Origin: Methylococcales bacterium
Lineage (GTDB): Bacteria; Pseudomonadota; Gammaproteobacteria; JABHGC01
Assembly (NCBI GenBank): GCA_018672285.1
Contig: JABHGC010000225.1
Span: 7,153 to 71,152 of the forward strand
Direction of reading: 5' to 3'
Length of the DNA stretch: 64,000 bases
The position numbers were made by a program, and so were the translations under genes. The notes under the pieces were generated by a model. The model made no database searches. It saw only the letters and a program-made list of their open reading frames with translations, and was not told the origin of the DNA. Below, piece after piece: positions 32,906-41,686 of the stretch. Position 1 is the first letter of the stretch. Every line of letters begins with the position of its first letter.

Positions 32906-33181
32906 AATTATCCAGTAACTTATTAATTTTTAAAACATAGTTCCAATATATAAAATAGTCGAATATCTACATTGGGTGGGGGGACATACTTAGAAATTCG
33001 CCAAATTTAAACATAAGCAACTGTTTATTGGTCTTATTTTTATATCATTATGATACTGCTGACGCAGATAAAATACCATCGCAAAAACACATCAAAGTTG
33101 CCTATTTTCTATGTGTTTAGGTAGCAATTTCTCACAACGATGGCCATACTCTATAGTATTTGCGCCATAAAGTGACTTTGC
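32906..33181. promoter_or_regulatory. AT-rich divergent intergenic region between the NRPS start and the kinase-like gene; promoters not mapped
   Basis: 277-bp non-coding AT-rich spacer between divergently oriented start codons. It contains a short palindrome, atcattatgat, at about 33047-33057. Confidence 0.3.
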
Positions 33182-34153
33182 ATGACCACCGATAAAGAAA
33201 GATGCCAGAAAATCACCAGTATGCTTTCCACGCTAACCGAAAATAAGCAACGCAGTGAGGTGATTTTACAGAGCATTATCCAAGATTTATCTCAGGTCCA
33301 AATAACTGCTAACATCCACACTATGCAATTGGAAAAGCAAGTCCAATACCTGACTCGCGAGCTCACCAAAAGTAACCTCACCTTACAAAATAAAGTCATT
33401 GAACTTGAAGACACCCGTGACAGGGCCATCAAATCAAACAAAGCAAAAAGTGCCTTTATAGCAACCGTTAGCAGACAACTACGCATGCCACTGGATGCCA
33501 TTATCGGCTACAGCACACTACTACTCGAAGGCCAAGGAAACCCTGAAGAGTTGCACGACGATTTACAGCAAGTGAATGTTGGTGCAGGACAAATATTAGA
33601 TTTAATCAATGACATTCTTGAACTCTCTGAGCTTGAATCTGGCCAAAGAGAACTGTCCATTGATGACTTTGTGGTCGAAGATTTTGTCAACGAAATCGAA
33701 ACCACAAGCCGCAAGGTGACTGACACCAATAACAATAAACTGATTATGGAGGTCAAGGCGGAACTCGGTGTCATGTCGACAGATATGAAAAAATTACGCC
33801 AAGCTCTGCTACATTTAATCAAAGCAGTCTCAACCAGAAACCATGATCACGTCATCCATTTTTCCGTTGAAACTGAAATCAGACACAACCTTTCGTGGTA
33901 TATTTTTAAAGTATCGGACTCATCTGAGATGAAAATGCCCGGAGAGAATTTTGAACATTTATTTGACCCATTTATTGATGTACCGATGACCAATGCACAT
34001 ATCTTAGAAGGCTGCGGTCTTGGCATGGCCATTACCAAACATATATGCAATATTTTACATGGGCGCTGCGGCATAGTGCATGACCCTGATTATGGCCCGA
34101 CTTTTTCTATTGCAATCCCGGAAACCCACCAACTTATGAACATGAATATTTAG
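33182..34153 (+). CDS. Cytoplasmic histidine-kinase-like protein (HisKA-like + HATPase_c) lacking the phospho-acceptor histidine
   Basis: No transmembrane segment and a coiled-coil N-terminus. The H-box position reads ATVSRQLRMPLDAIIGY (agc aga caa cta cgc atg cca ctg) where SHELRTPL is expected. An intact ATP-lid/G-box region is present (...GCGLGMAI...). Confidence 0.75.
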   Translation: MTTDKERCQKITSMLSTLTENKQRSEVILQSIIQDLSQVQITANIHTMQLEKQVQYLTRELTKSNLTLQNKVIELEDTRDRAIKSNKAKSAFIATVSRQLRMPLDAIIGYSTLLLEGQGNPEELHDDLQQVNVGAGQILDLINDILELSELESGQRELSIDDFVVEDFVNEIETTSRKVTDTNNNKLIMEVKAELGVMSTDMKKLRQALLHLIKAVSTRNHDHVIHFSVETEIRHNLSWYIFKVSDSSEMKMPGENFEHLFDPFIDVPMTNAHILEGCGLGMAITKHICNILHGRCGIVHDPDYGPTFSIAIPETHQLMNMNI

Positions 34154-34171
34154 GCTAAAAGGTAGCAACAG

Positions 34172-34474
34172 ATGGCAAAAATTTTAGTGGTTGATGATGC
34201 CGAAATGATTCGCAAACTCATGTCCGCATTCTTTTCCAAACACGGCATTACTGTCACCACAGCAGTCGATGGCATGGACGGCTTTAACAAACTGAAAGCT
34301 GACCCTGAAATCAAATTGGTTTTTGCTGACGTCAACATGCCAGAATTAAATGGGCTAGCTATGGTTGAAAAAATTCGCAACGAACTTGAAACCGAAGCGG
34401 TTATTTTGATGCTCACCTCAGAAAACAGCAACGAAATGAAAGAACGAGGAAGAGCGCTTGGCGTCAAAGGCTGA
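34172..34474 (+). CDS. CheY-like receiver domain protein, ended by an in-frame TGA before the conserved KPF lysine. The reading frame continues to 34534.
   Basis: MAKILVVDDAEMIRKLMS...FADVNMPELNG...LMLTSE...GVKG then TGA at 34472-34474. The same frame continues as VVKPFNDPNVINLVKKIVA and ends at a TAA at 34532-34534. Confidence 0.7.
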   Translation: MAKILVVDDAEMIRKLMSAFFSKHGITVTTAVDGMDGFNKLKADPEIKLVFADVNMPELNGLAMVEKIRNELETEAVILMLTSENSNEMKERGRALGVKG

Positions 34475-34704
34475 GTCGTAAAACCCTTTAATGACCCCAA
34501 TGTCATTAATTTAGTGAAAAAAATTGTTGCATAAGCTGCAAACACAGCCTAAAAAAAAGCGGCACTCTCATGTTACCTCCCCGGCGCCACACCAAGTTTT
34601 AGCACGCCATGCACGCGCTTCAGCCAACATCAACAGCATTGCTTGATATACCCAGCTGTAGTAGTTTAAACCCATAAAAAAACGACATTGAGCACAACGC
34701 CGCC

Positions 34705-36717
34705 ATGCTAAAACTCCTTAAAAATCACTTAGGCTTATTTTTCAGCTTACTCACCTTACTCACCTTACAATGGTTTATGGTGCGAGAAAGCGGCGCAGGC
34801 ATGGCTTACGACCACTTACTTGCATTCGCCAACTTATCATTGAGCTATTGGCTGGTATTGCTGTTTTGGTTTATTTATCGTTTTTTTGCAATAAAACCTA
34901 GAGCCTGGTTTTTCCCTTTATTGATTCAAGCGACATTTACCGCCCTATTATACTCAAGCCAAGCGCTGTTTTTAAACCTTGATTCAATGCAGTACCTGCT
35001 TTTTTATGCCCTAACTTCCTTACCGTGGCTGCTCTGTGCAGCACTCATTGGCACAACCATCTCTCGCTTGTTTGTTTACCAAAGCATTCCCTTTAAAACG
35101 GTTATTTTCAGCGGCCTCATCATTTATTTTGTTGCCCCTATCCCGCAACCTAACAGCAACACTGACCCCAGCGCCACTGTGCCGCTCGGTGAGCTATCCG
35201 TCGATAACTACCAGTATGGGAGTGGCACGATACAGCGCCAAAGCCTGTATGAGACACCATACTGGAAAAGCAAAACAATAGACCTTGCCCAGTACATTGC
35301 ACCTCACCTCTCTAAAAACACAAAGGCCAGGGATCAATTTTGGCAGTTTGATTTAGCCCGGTTCCCACTCAATGCAGAGGTTTGGCTACCGAAAACCAGC
35401 CAACCGCAACCATTAGTTATCATCAGCCATGGTGATTTTTTCATGGAAAAATACTCCGAACATGGCTATGCCTACTTAGGCCAACACCTTGCCAGCTTAG
35501 GTTATGCAGTAGTATCTATTGATGCGAATGCACTGAACTGGAGTGCTGATGGTAATTACTGGAGACAAGAGGATCTTGCTCGAGCACAGCTTATTTTAGC
35601 GCATATCAAACAGATAAAAGCCTTCTCCGAACAAAGTGAACACCCTCTAGCCAATGTCGATCTTAACCAAATCGCTTTAATTGGCCATTCCCGTGGGGGA
35701 GACGCCATTATGCTAGCTGCAAAGCTCAACTTAGAAGGCCCTCAGTTTAATCTTAAGACATTAATTGGTTTAGCACCCGTTGACAGTATTGGCCTACCAA
35801 ACCATGAATCCCCAATCGCCTTAAACAACATCAACTACCTAGTGCTTCAAGGCGGGGTAGATACAGAACTGCCTTATTTCCAGGGACAAAATCATTATGA
35901 CAACGTCCATATAAGTGCTCCGGGGCTTCACAAACTGAGCATTTTCGCCACCAGGGCGGATCATAGCCAGTTTAATCAAGATTGGAGCGATGCGGCCAAA
36001 AAATCTTACCTTAGACCGCTCTATAATACCGCCAACACCATGCCGGACTATGAGCAGAGAAAGTGGGCAAAACTTGCCGTTACCCACTTCCTAAACCTGA
36101 CATTACGAGACAAATCTATTTGGCCTAAAATTTCTACCACCGCATTTTGGCAGCAACAGTTCGCTGCAGAAACATTCATTACCCAAAGAGCAGATTCGAG
36201 CCATGTCAAGCTCAATCGGTGGCCTAAAATCAAACCTAAAATCACCGATGCCAAAGCAAGAATTAGGCCGATCAGCCAACAAGGTATGCCTGAAATACAG
36301 CAGCAGGAAGCACTCAGCATCCACTGGAATGGTCAAGCAAAAGTCGACTTTTCCCTACCTTACAAATTAGACCTTCGCTACATGCAACTCAACTTAACCA
36401 CGCTATGCATCGCTCAAGCTCAAAATACCTCACTCACTGTGGTACTCATTGATAGCAGCGGCAAACAATCCAGCCAAGCCATTGACAACGCACTCTGCCG
36501 AGCATTACCGGCACAGCACTTTAATAGTCAATTGTTAAACGCTGCAATTCAAACCTTAGCCGAACCAAAACAACAGCAACACATCATCCCACTAGGCGCA
36601 TTCTTTAAAAACAGTGAAATTGCCCCTCTCAAAGTGACAAAAATACGCATTGAAGCGGATGCCAGCTTGCCGAGTGACCTAACCATTGTCTCAGCATCAC
36701 TTTCAGTTGAAGATTAA
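34705..36717 (+). CDS. Membrane-anchored alpha/beta-hydrolase (lipase/esterase-like, GHSRGG nucleophile elbow) with a C-terminal domain of unknown function
   Basis: The N-terminal roughly 150 aa contain several hydrophobic helices. A GxSxG elbow appears in ALIGHSRGGDAIMLAA. Overall resemblance is to PAF-acetylhydrolase/chlorophyllase-type hydrolases. Confidence 0.7.
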   Translation: MLKLLKNHLGLFFSLLTLLTLQWFMVRESGAGMAYDHLLAFANLSLSYWLVLLFWFIYRFFAIKPRAWFFPLLIQATFTALLYSSQALFLNLDSMQYLLFYALTSLPWLLCAALIGTTISRLFVYQSIPFKTVIFSGLIIYFVAPIPQPNSNTDPSATVPLGELSVDNYQYGSGTIQRQSLYETPYWKSKTIDLAQYIAPHLSKNTKARDQFWQFDLARFPLNAEVWLPKTSQPQPLVIISHGDFFMEKYSEHGYAYLGQHLASLGYAVVSIDANALNWSADGNYWRQEDLARAQLILAHIKQIKAFSEQSEHPLANVDLNQIALIGHSRGGDAIMLAAKLNLEGPQFNLKTLIGLAPVDSIGLPNHESPIALNNINYLVLQGGVDTELPYFQGQNHYDNVHISAPGLHKLSIFATRADHSQFNQDWSDAAKKSYLRPLYNTANTMPDYEQRKWAKLAVTHFLNLTLRDKSIWPKISTTAFWQQQFAAETFITQRADSSHVKLNRWPKIKPKITDAKARIRPISQQGMPEIQQQEALSIHWNGQAKVDFSLPYKLDLRYMQLNLTTLCIAQAQNTSLTVVLIDSSGKQSSQAIDNALCRALPAQHFNSQLLNAAIQTLAEPKQQQHIIPLGAFFKNSEIAPLKVTKIRIEADASLPSDLTIVSASLSVED

Positions 36718-36725
36718 ATAGCGGC

Positions 36726-37466
36726 TTATAACACAGACACAACTGAGGTTTTCCAGCAGCACACATTCGCATCATTCATTTGGCGCTCATATGCTAATGC
36801 GGCTTTAAACCCCAACGACCCCATATCAATAGAAGCCATTCCCCAACGCTGCGTCTCCTCAGGGAACTCAGCATCATTCAGCAATGCAGCGTCTACACCC
36901 ACTGACACATCAAAACTTTCCAACCCTCTCATCAACCCATCACCATGTGCTTTTACATAAGCCTCTTTACGCGTCCAACAGCGAAAAAAGGCATTTTTCT
37001 GATCATCAGGATCGCACGATAGTATCGCTGCATGCTCTTGTTTTGAAAAAAATCGTTGAGACAAACTAGACCATTCCACCCGCCTATCTTGCTGCTCTAA
37101 ATCCACCCCTAACCGCCTATCTAACGAAAAAGCAAACAAAGCTTGCCCATGTGAGTGAGACACATTAAATTGCAGCGCATTATTCACAAGAGCAGGTTTA
37201 CCCTGGCTTAAATATGAAAACTCAACAGATTTCGCAGGCATCGCTAAATAGTGACCAAGCAAACTACGCAACACGCCTCTGGCTACGGCAAAATGCATTT
37301 GATCTTGACGCCGGTAAAAGCGTTTAGCCCTAGTCAGCTCAGTCTCGTTTAGCACCTGTAAAAATCGTGACTCAAGCGCCAAATCTACCTCTAACCCCAA
37401 TGACCAAACATGAACCTCATCATCAGCAAGTGTTACAGGAAGTGTCGGTTGTAACCAGTGGGTCAT
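36726..37466 (-). CDS. 4'-phosphopantetheinyl transferase, Sfp/EntD type
   Basis: Signature motifs FNVSHSHG, GVDLE and WTRKEAYVKAHG, about 246 aa. Convergent with the hydrolase gene and about 3.8 kb from the NRPS start. Confidence 0.8.
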   Translation of the reverse strand: MTHWLQPTLPVTLADDEVHVWSLGLEVDLALESRFLQVLNETELTRAKRFYRRQDQMHFAVARGVLRSLLGHYLAMPAKSVEFSYLSQGKPALVNNALQFNVSHSHGQALFAFSLDRRLGVDLEQQDRRVEWSSLSQRFFSKQEHAAILSCDPDDQKNAFFRCWTRKEAYVKAHGDGLMRGLESFDVSVGVDAALLNDAEFPEETQRWGMASIDMGSLGFKAALAYERQMNDANVCCWKTSVVSVL

Positions 37467-37539
37467 GAGTGAATTACCTTAAATTTGACCACAGCAGGTC
37501 AGTTCGTCATTATGGCCTTTTGTTCAAAGCCGCCATCTA

Positions 37540-38403
37540 ATGTTAGCAAATAATTTTATCGAAGAAAAAATACCACAAGGCAGCAGCTTGTATTACAGCT
37601 TCCGCACAACCTCTGGTGATAAAAAACAGGCTATTTTCACGCTCTTCACCTGGTTTAAAACCTTAGAGGACATCATTGATATCCCTGAATACCAAGTGGC
37701 AGAAAAAACCTTCGCCTGGTGGGCAGATGAAACATGCCACTTACAGAGCGATGCCTCACACCCTATCAGCCAAGCCCTAGCTCCAATTCTAAAACAAACC
37801 CAATTACCACAGTCACATCTTGAAAAAATCTGCACAGCTTTACAAAGTAATCTGACAACAGTGCAATACGCCAACCAAAATGAATTAAACCTGTACACAA
37901 CAAGCACCTTATCCAGTTTAAACCTATTCATTGCAACCCTTCTTTTAAGCCAAGCTCCTACACAACAGGAGCGTGGCGCCATAGAGCAACTCAGCATGGC
38001 TATGCAATGGATGAAAATCATCAGGTCACTGAGGGACGACTGCTTAAGAGGTCACATTTACCTGCCACAAGATTTACTAAAACAGCACCAACTCAGCTCA
38101 ACCCAATTACTCTCGTGCCAACAAACGCCAGACAGCCTAAAGCAACTGATCACAGAGCTAAAGGGGGTCATTTACACCCAATTGACAAGCCTTCGTTCCA
38201 CACCTAAAAAGTTCCGAAGAGCACTTGCACCACTCATAACCCAAGCCCTTCTAGACTGGAAAATACTCAACCTAACCATCACTTCAGGCTGTGATATTTT
38301 TGAACAAAGACAAAGCCTCTCACCAGTACACAAACTTTTAAACACCAGTGCTAGCCTTTGGCAAATTCAACTTGGTATTCTTCCGCTGCAACGTATTGTT
38401 TGA
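37540..38403 (+). CDS. Squalene/phytoene synthase family protein with degenerate Asp-rich motifs
   Basis: SSLYYSF...LFTWFKTLEDIIDIPE aligns with the YAFCRxxDDxxD region, giving EDxxD. IIRSLRDDCLRGHIYLPQDLL aligns with ARDIxEDxxxGRxYLP, where the first Asp is replaced by Ser. Confidence 0.6.
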   Translation: MLANNFIEEKIPQGSSLYYSFRTTSGDKKQAIFTLFTWFKTLEDIIDIPEYQVAEKTFAWWADETCHLQSDASHPISQALAPILKQTQLPQSHLEKICTALQSNLTTVQYANQNELNLYTTSTLSSLNLFIATLLLSQAPTQQERGAIEQLSMAMQWMKIIRSLRDDCLRGHIYLPQDLLKQHQLSSTQLLSCQQTPDSLKQLITELKGVIYTQLTSLRSTPKKFRRALAPLITQALLDWKILNLTITSGCDIFEQRQSLSPVHKLLNTSASLWQIQLGILPLQRIV

Positions 38404-38456
38404 GATGAACATTCGTCTTATGATAGAGGTAAGTATACCGACACAAGGCTTAGCGC

Positions 38457-39200
38457 ATGAACTTCTCTGTACCTCCTAACAGCTTAAAAGACAAAGTTAT
38501 CTTAATCACAGGCGCTGGCGCAGGAATTGGCCGAGCAGTCGCCAAGGCACTTGCACTCCAAGGTGCGACCATCATTTTACTCGGCAAAACCATCTCGAAG
38601 CTTGAAAGTATTTACGATGAAATTGAGGCTGCTAATTGCCCAACCCCTGCAATCTATCCAATGGATTTAAGTGGTGCATCAGAACATGATTTAGGTGCGC
38701 TAATTGAGACCATCAATACAACGTTTCATCGCCTGGATGGCATCATACATAACGCGGCCTTTTTTGAAGCACTCACCCCATTTGACCAAGAGTCTGCTGA
38801 GTCATTATTAAAAGCCATGCAAGTTAACGTTAACACACCCTTTATCATCACCCAGCTAGCACTGCCACTTTTGAAACAATCCACCACAGCATCCATTATT
38901 TTTACTACTGATTCTGTTGGCAAAATTGGCAAAGCCTATACCGGTGTGTATGGCATTTCAAAGTTCGCCGTGGAAGGGATGGCACAAATTTTAGCGGAAG
39001 AACTCGAAGGCACAAGCGTTAGAGTGAATAGAGTTGAACCGATGGAGGTTCGCAGTGGACATAGCAGCCGAATTTATCCAGGTAAAGAAATTCAGAAATT
39101 AGCAGGCCCTGAAGACATCACTGCAGCTTACGTATATTTAATGAGCGACGAAAGTCAGGCTGTTCACGGTGAGTCAATCACTGCTGACACCACTCAGTAA
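38457..39200 (+). CDS. yciK: SDR-family oxidoreductase, YciK-like
   Basis: KVILITGAGAGIGRAVAKALALQGATIILLGK Rossmann motif. Length and sequence resemble E. coli YciK. Confidence 0.7.
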   Translation: MNFSVPPNSLKDKVILITGAGAGIGRAVAKALALQGATIILLGKTISKLESIYDEIEAANCPTPAIYPMDLSGASEHDLGALIETINTTFHRLDGIIHNAAFFEALTPFDQESAESLLKAMQVNVNTPFIITQLALPLLKQSTTASIIFTTDSVGKIGKAYTGVYGISKFAVEGMAQILAEELEGTSVRVNRVEPMEVRSGHSSRIYPGKEIQKLAGPEDITAAYVYLMSDESQAVHGESITADTTQ

Positions 39201-39250
39201 AATTCATGACTGCAGGTTAAGGTTAAAAGAAGTCATCACCCTTTGATAAC

Positions 39251-39295
39251 AAAAACGAGCAAAAGCACCTTCGGAGTGTGCTTTTGCTCGTTTTT
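39251..39295. terminator. Bidirectional rho-independent terminator between convergent genes
   Basis: Perfect 13-bp stem cgagcaaaagcac (39256-39268) pairing with gtgcttttgctcg (39278-39290), a 9-nt loop, an A-run upstream (39251-39255) and a T-run downstream (39291-39295). Confidence 0.75.
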
Positions 39296-39307
39296 ACAAA
39301 CTAACCG

Positions 39308-39904
39308 TTAAGCTGCGCCATCTAATAATTCAATTTGAAAACGCAAACTTTCTGGCATTTTTTTGGCTCTTCGACCCAGTAATGGTAATAATTTTTGCTC
39401 AACATAGTCATATTGACCGTCTGATAGAATTCGCTCAATTAACCAGTTGGCTTCCTCATCATCAATCTCATTGGGTGAATCAGAATCTTCAAGCAAATGA
39501 CGAGAGACTGTCCTTGCAAAAAATGCGCCCCAACTTGGATGATTTTCTTCGCTATTCGCCACTTGTTCATTTAAGTCGAATAAAAAATCTGCTAAAGGCC
39601 GTGTAATTTTTTCGGTCGTCGCTTTCACTGCTGGGAAAAGTTTTTTGATTTGCTGAACAAGCTCAGCTGACATACACCCACGATGGGCAACATGCTCGTT
39701 TATTGCAGAAAGTAATAAAGGGTTTGGTATGGTGGCTTTAATGCCATCATTACTGAAAATTTTGGTCAAATAACCAATACTGCTGATGCTCAAAGGTGAG
39801 CTATCGCTAATGTCTACCAGTAGTCGCTTCCGTTCAGCTGGTTTTAGAGTTGCGCTAAACGCACCCTTTTCACACTGAGATTTAATCTTCTTCTTATAAT
39901 CCAT
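39308..39904 (-). CDS. Hypothetical protein, acidic and helical
   Basis: ORF of 198 aa with no recognised family. Confidence 0.5.
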   Translation of the reverse strand: MDYKKKIKSQCEKGAFSATLKPAERKRLLVDISDSSPLSISSIGYLTKIFSNDGIKATIPNPLLLSAINEHVAHRGCMSAELVQQIKKLFPAVKATTEKITRPLADFLFDLNEQVANSEENHPSWGAFFARTVSRHLLEDSDSPNEIDDEEANWLIERILSDGQYDYVEQKLLPLLGRRAKKMPESLRFQIELLDGAA

Positions 39905-40392
39905 GGAAATCCTCCGCCAATGATTTTTTGCCCTCTTGTCAATTCCATAATCCTGAGGGTGTTTTTAGTTTTTTCAACCTCTGCTTATAATTACCTCCAT
40001 TACTCTATGTCTATAAAATTACACATCGTATTCTCAGGCAATGATACTCGCGCCACAGAAACTATCTACTCGGACATTCCCTAGCTTTTACCATTAAATA
40101 ATATTCTACTTTTATTGTGCGCGAGCGAAAAATTCAAATAAAACGTTAATTATCAATTATTTACAGATTAAAAGAAAAAATCATAAATCATTCAAATATT
40201 AACCATTTAAGAACAGACCTTTAATATAAAGTTCAATTTTTTTGCTTTTATTGTTAAAAGTATGCCACTGAATGCAGCTTACATTTCCCTTATGACAGCC
40301 GTATTACAAGACAATGTAAGCTTCTACCTACAAAGGGTCGTTGTGAACACACTCAGAATTCGCTAGCATCACACTTTTAACTTAGGCGAGCA

Positions 40393-41136
40393 ATGATGGT
40401 TCAGCGTGTAGAATTACTTCAGTACTTAAATGACCTCCTCAAACCTGAACAATTTAAGGACTATTGTCCAAACGGGCTACAAATTGAAGGCACTGACACC
40501 ATTGAGCACCTAGTCACTGGTGTCACCGCTTGCCAAGCATTAATCGACCAAACCGCTCAAGCTAAAGCCAGCGCATTATTGGTGCATCACGGTTTTTTTT
40601 GGAAAAATGAAGCACCTCAATTGGTTGGCATGAAACATCACCGAGTCAAAACCTTGATTCAGAATGACATTAACTTAATCGGTTATCACTTACCGCTGGA
40701 TGCACACCCTACCCTCGGCAATAACGCGCAGCTAGCAAGCCAACTTAAGCTTTCTATTGACCAAACTTTTGGCGATCAAAATTTAGCTGTCGCGGGTAAC
40801 ATAGACATTTCAACTAAAGCGCTAAGCGATCGGCTTTGCCAGGTCTTATCACGGCCACCAGAGGTATTTGGGGCGTCTCGACAAATTAAGAGGCTGGGCA
40901 TTTGTACAGGTGCTGCCCAAGGGTTTTTAACACAAGCTGCTGAACTTGGGTTAGATGCATTCATCAGTGGTGAGGTTTCAGAGTCAACTTTTCATATTGC
41001 TGAAGAGTTGAACATTCAATATTTTGCCGCAGGGCATCACGCCACAGAGCGGTTTGGTGTACAAGCCGTAGGCGCACACTTGGCGGAACATTTTGGGATC
41101 AGTCACCAGTTTATTGACATCAACAACCCTATTTAA
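40393..41136 (+). CDS. ybgI: Nif3-family dinuclear metal-centre protein (GTP cyclohydrolase 1 type 2 / YbgI-like)
   Basis: N-terminal ...LLQYLNDLLKPEQFKDYCPNGLQIEG... and overall length match Nif3/YbgI. Confidence 0.75.
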   Translation: MMVQRVELLQYLNDLLKPEQFKDYCPNGLQIEGTDTIEHLVTGVTACQALIDQTAQAKASALLVHHGFFWKNEAPQLVGMKHHRVKTLIQNDINLIGYHLPLDAHPTLGNNAQLASQLKLSIDQTFGDQNLAVAGNIDISTKALSDRLCQVLSRPPEVFGASRQIKRLGICTGAAQGFLTQAAELGLDAFISGEVSESTFHIAEELNIQYFAAGHHATERFGVQAVGAHLAEHFGISHQFIDINNPI

Positions 41137-41137
41137 A

Positions 41138-41686
41138 TTACAACCCTTTTACAGCATAAATCCCGGGGGCATTTCGCCAATGATTTTGATAATCCATGCC
41201 AAAACCAAAAACATAGCGATCAGCAATATCTAGGCCGACATAGTTAGGTCGGTACTCGACTTTGCGGTCGTGCACTTTATTCACCAACACGGCTGACTGC
41301 ACCGAATTGACATTTTCTGATTCACAGTACTCACACAATGCCTTCATTGTGTAGCCTTCGTCGAAGATGTCGTCAATTAGAATGACATTTCTACCCGCTA
41401 ATGCTGTCTTAGGGTAACCATACCAATGCAAATCGCCTCCAGACGTTTCACCTCGGTAGCGCGTCGCATGGACATAATCTATTTCTAACGGAAAAGACAA
41501 GCGCGTTGCTAGGTGCCCCATCATGACCACACCACCGACCATGACGGCCAGCAATAACGGTTGCGAGTCCGCATGTTCTTTAGTGATTTCTGCTGCCACC
41601 CGATCTAACGCTGCGTGCATTTCAGCTTCTGAATGCAATAAATCAGATTCATCAAAAACTTTTTGGTAGTCAACAGGTTCAGACAT
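41138..41686 (-). CDS. Hypoxanthine-guanine phosphoribosyltransferase family protein
   Basis: PRTase type-I motif VILIDDIFDEGYTMKAL with HGPRT-family architecture. Confidence 0.65.
   Translation of the reverse strand: MSEPVDYQKVFDESDLLHSEAEMHAALDRVAAEITKEHADSQPLLLAVMVGGVVMMGHLATRLSFPLEIDYVHATRYRGETSGGDLHWYGYPKTALAGRNVILIDDIFDEGYTMKALCEYCESENVNSVQSAVLVNKVHDRKVEYRPNYVGLDIADRYVFGFGMDYQNHWRNAPGIYAVKGL

Noticed and set aside
1-32905. Plus-strand ORFs of 60-137 aa across this region (for example 10869-11249 and 22851-23264), and short minus-strand ORFs in other frames
   Set aside because: All lie antisense to, or out of frame with, the continuous NRPS reading frame. Their low-complexity, Ser/Cys-rich translations are typical of shadow ORFs.
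1-32905. The possibility that the NRPS region is several separate genes
   Set aside because: Codon phase (minus-strand first base ≡ 1 mod 3) is the same at the start (32905), in the FAAL A3, the ACP, the C7 HH motif, T6, the module-5 C'/A, the 2800-1800 stretch and position 1. No stops were found in any hand-translated segment. No complete ORF of this frame is listed in the track. An exhaustive stop-codon scan was not possible by hand.
32906-33181. Fur box in the NRPS promoter region (atcattatgat palindrome)
   Set aside because: Only a short partial match to the 19-bp consensus. Kept as a weak note, not a called site.
34472-34474. TGA read as selenocysteine
   Set aside because: The position corresponds to a structural residue before KPF in receiver domains. 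There is no SECIS-like hairpin and no reason for Sec. A TGG-to-TGA change is far more likely.
34150-34545. 131-aa minus-strand ORF
   Set aside because: Lies antisense to the receiver-domain gene and has no convincing start context; likely spurious.
35036-36336. Internal ORFs in the hydrolase gene (35036-35281 on the plus strand; 35839-36336 on the minus strand)
   Set aside because: Embedded in, or antisense to, a well-supported 670-aa CDS.
37593-38021. 142-aa minus-strand ORF
   Set aside because: Antisense to the squalene/phytoene-synthase-like CDS.
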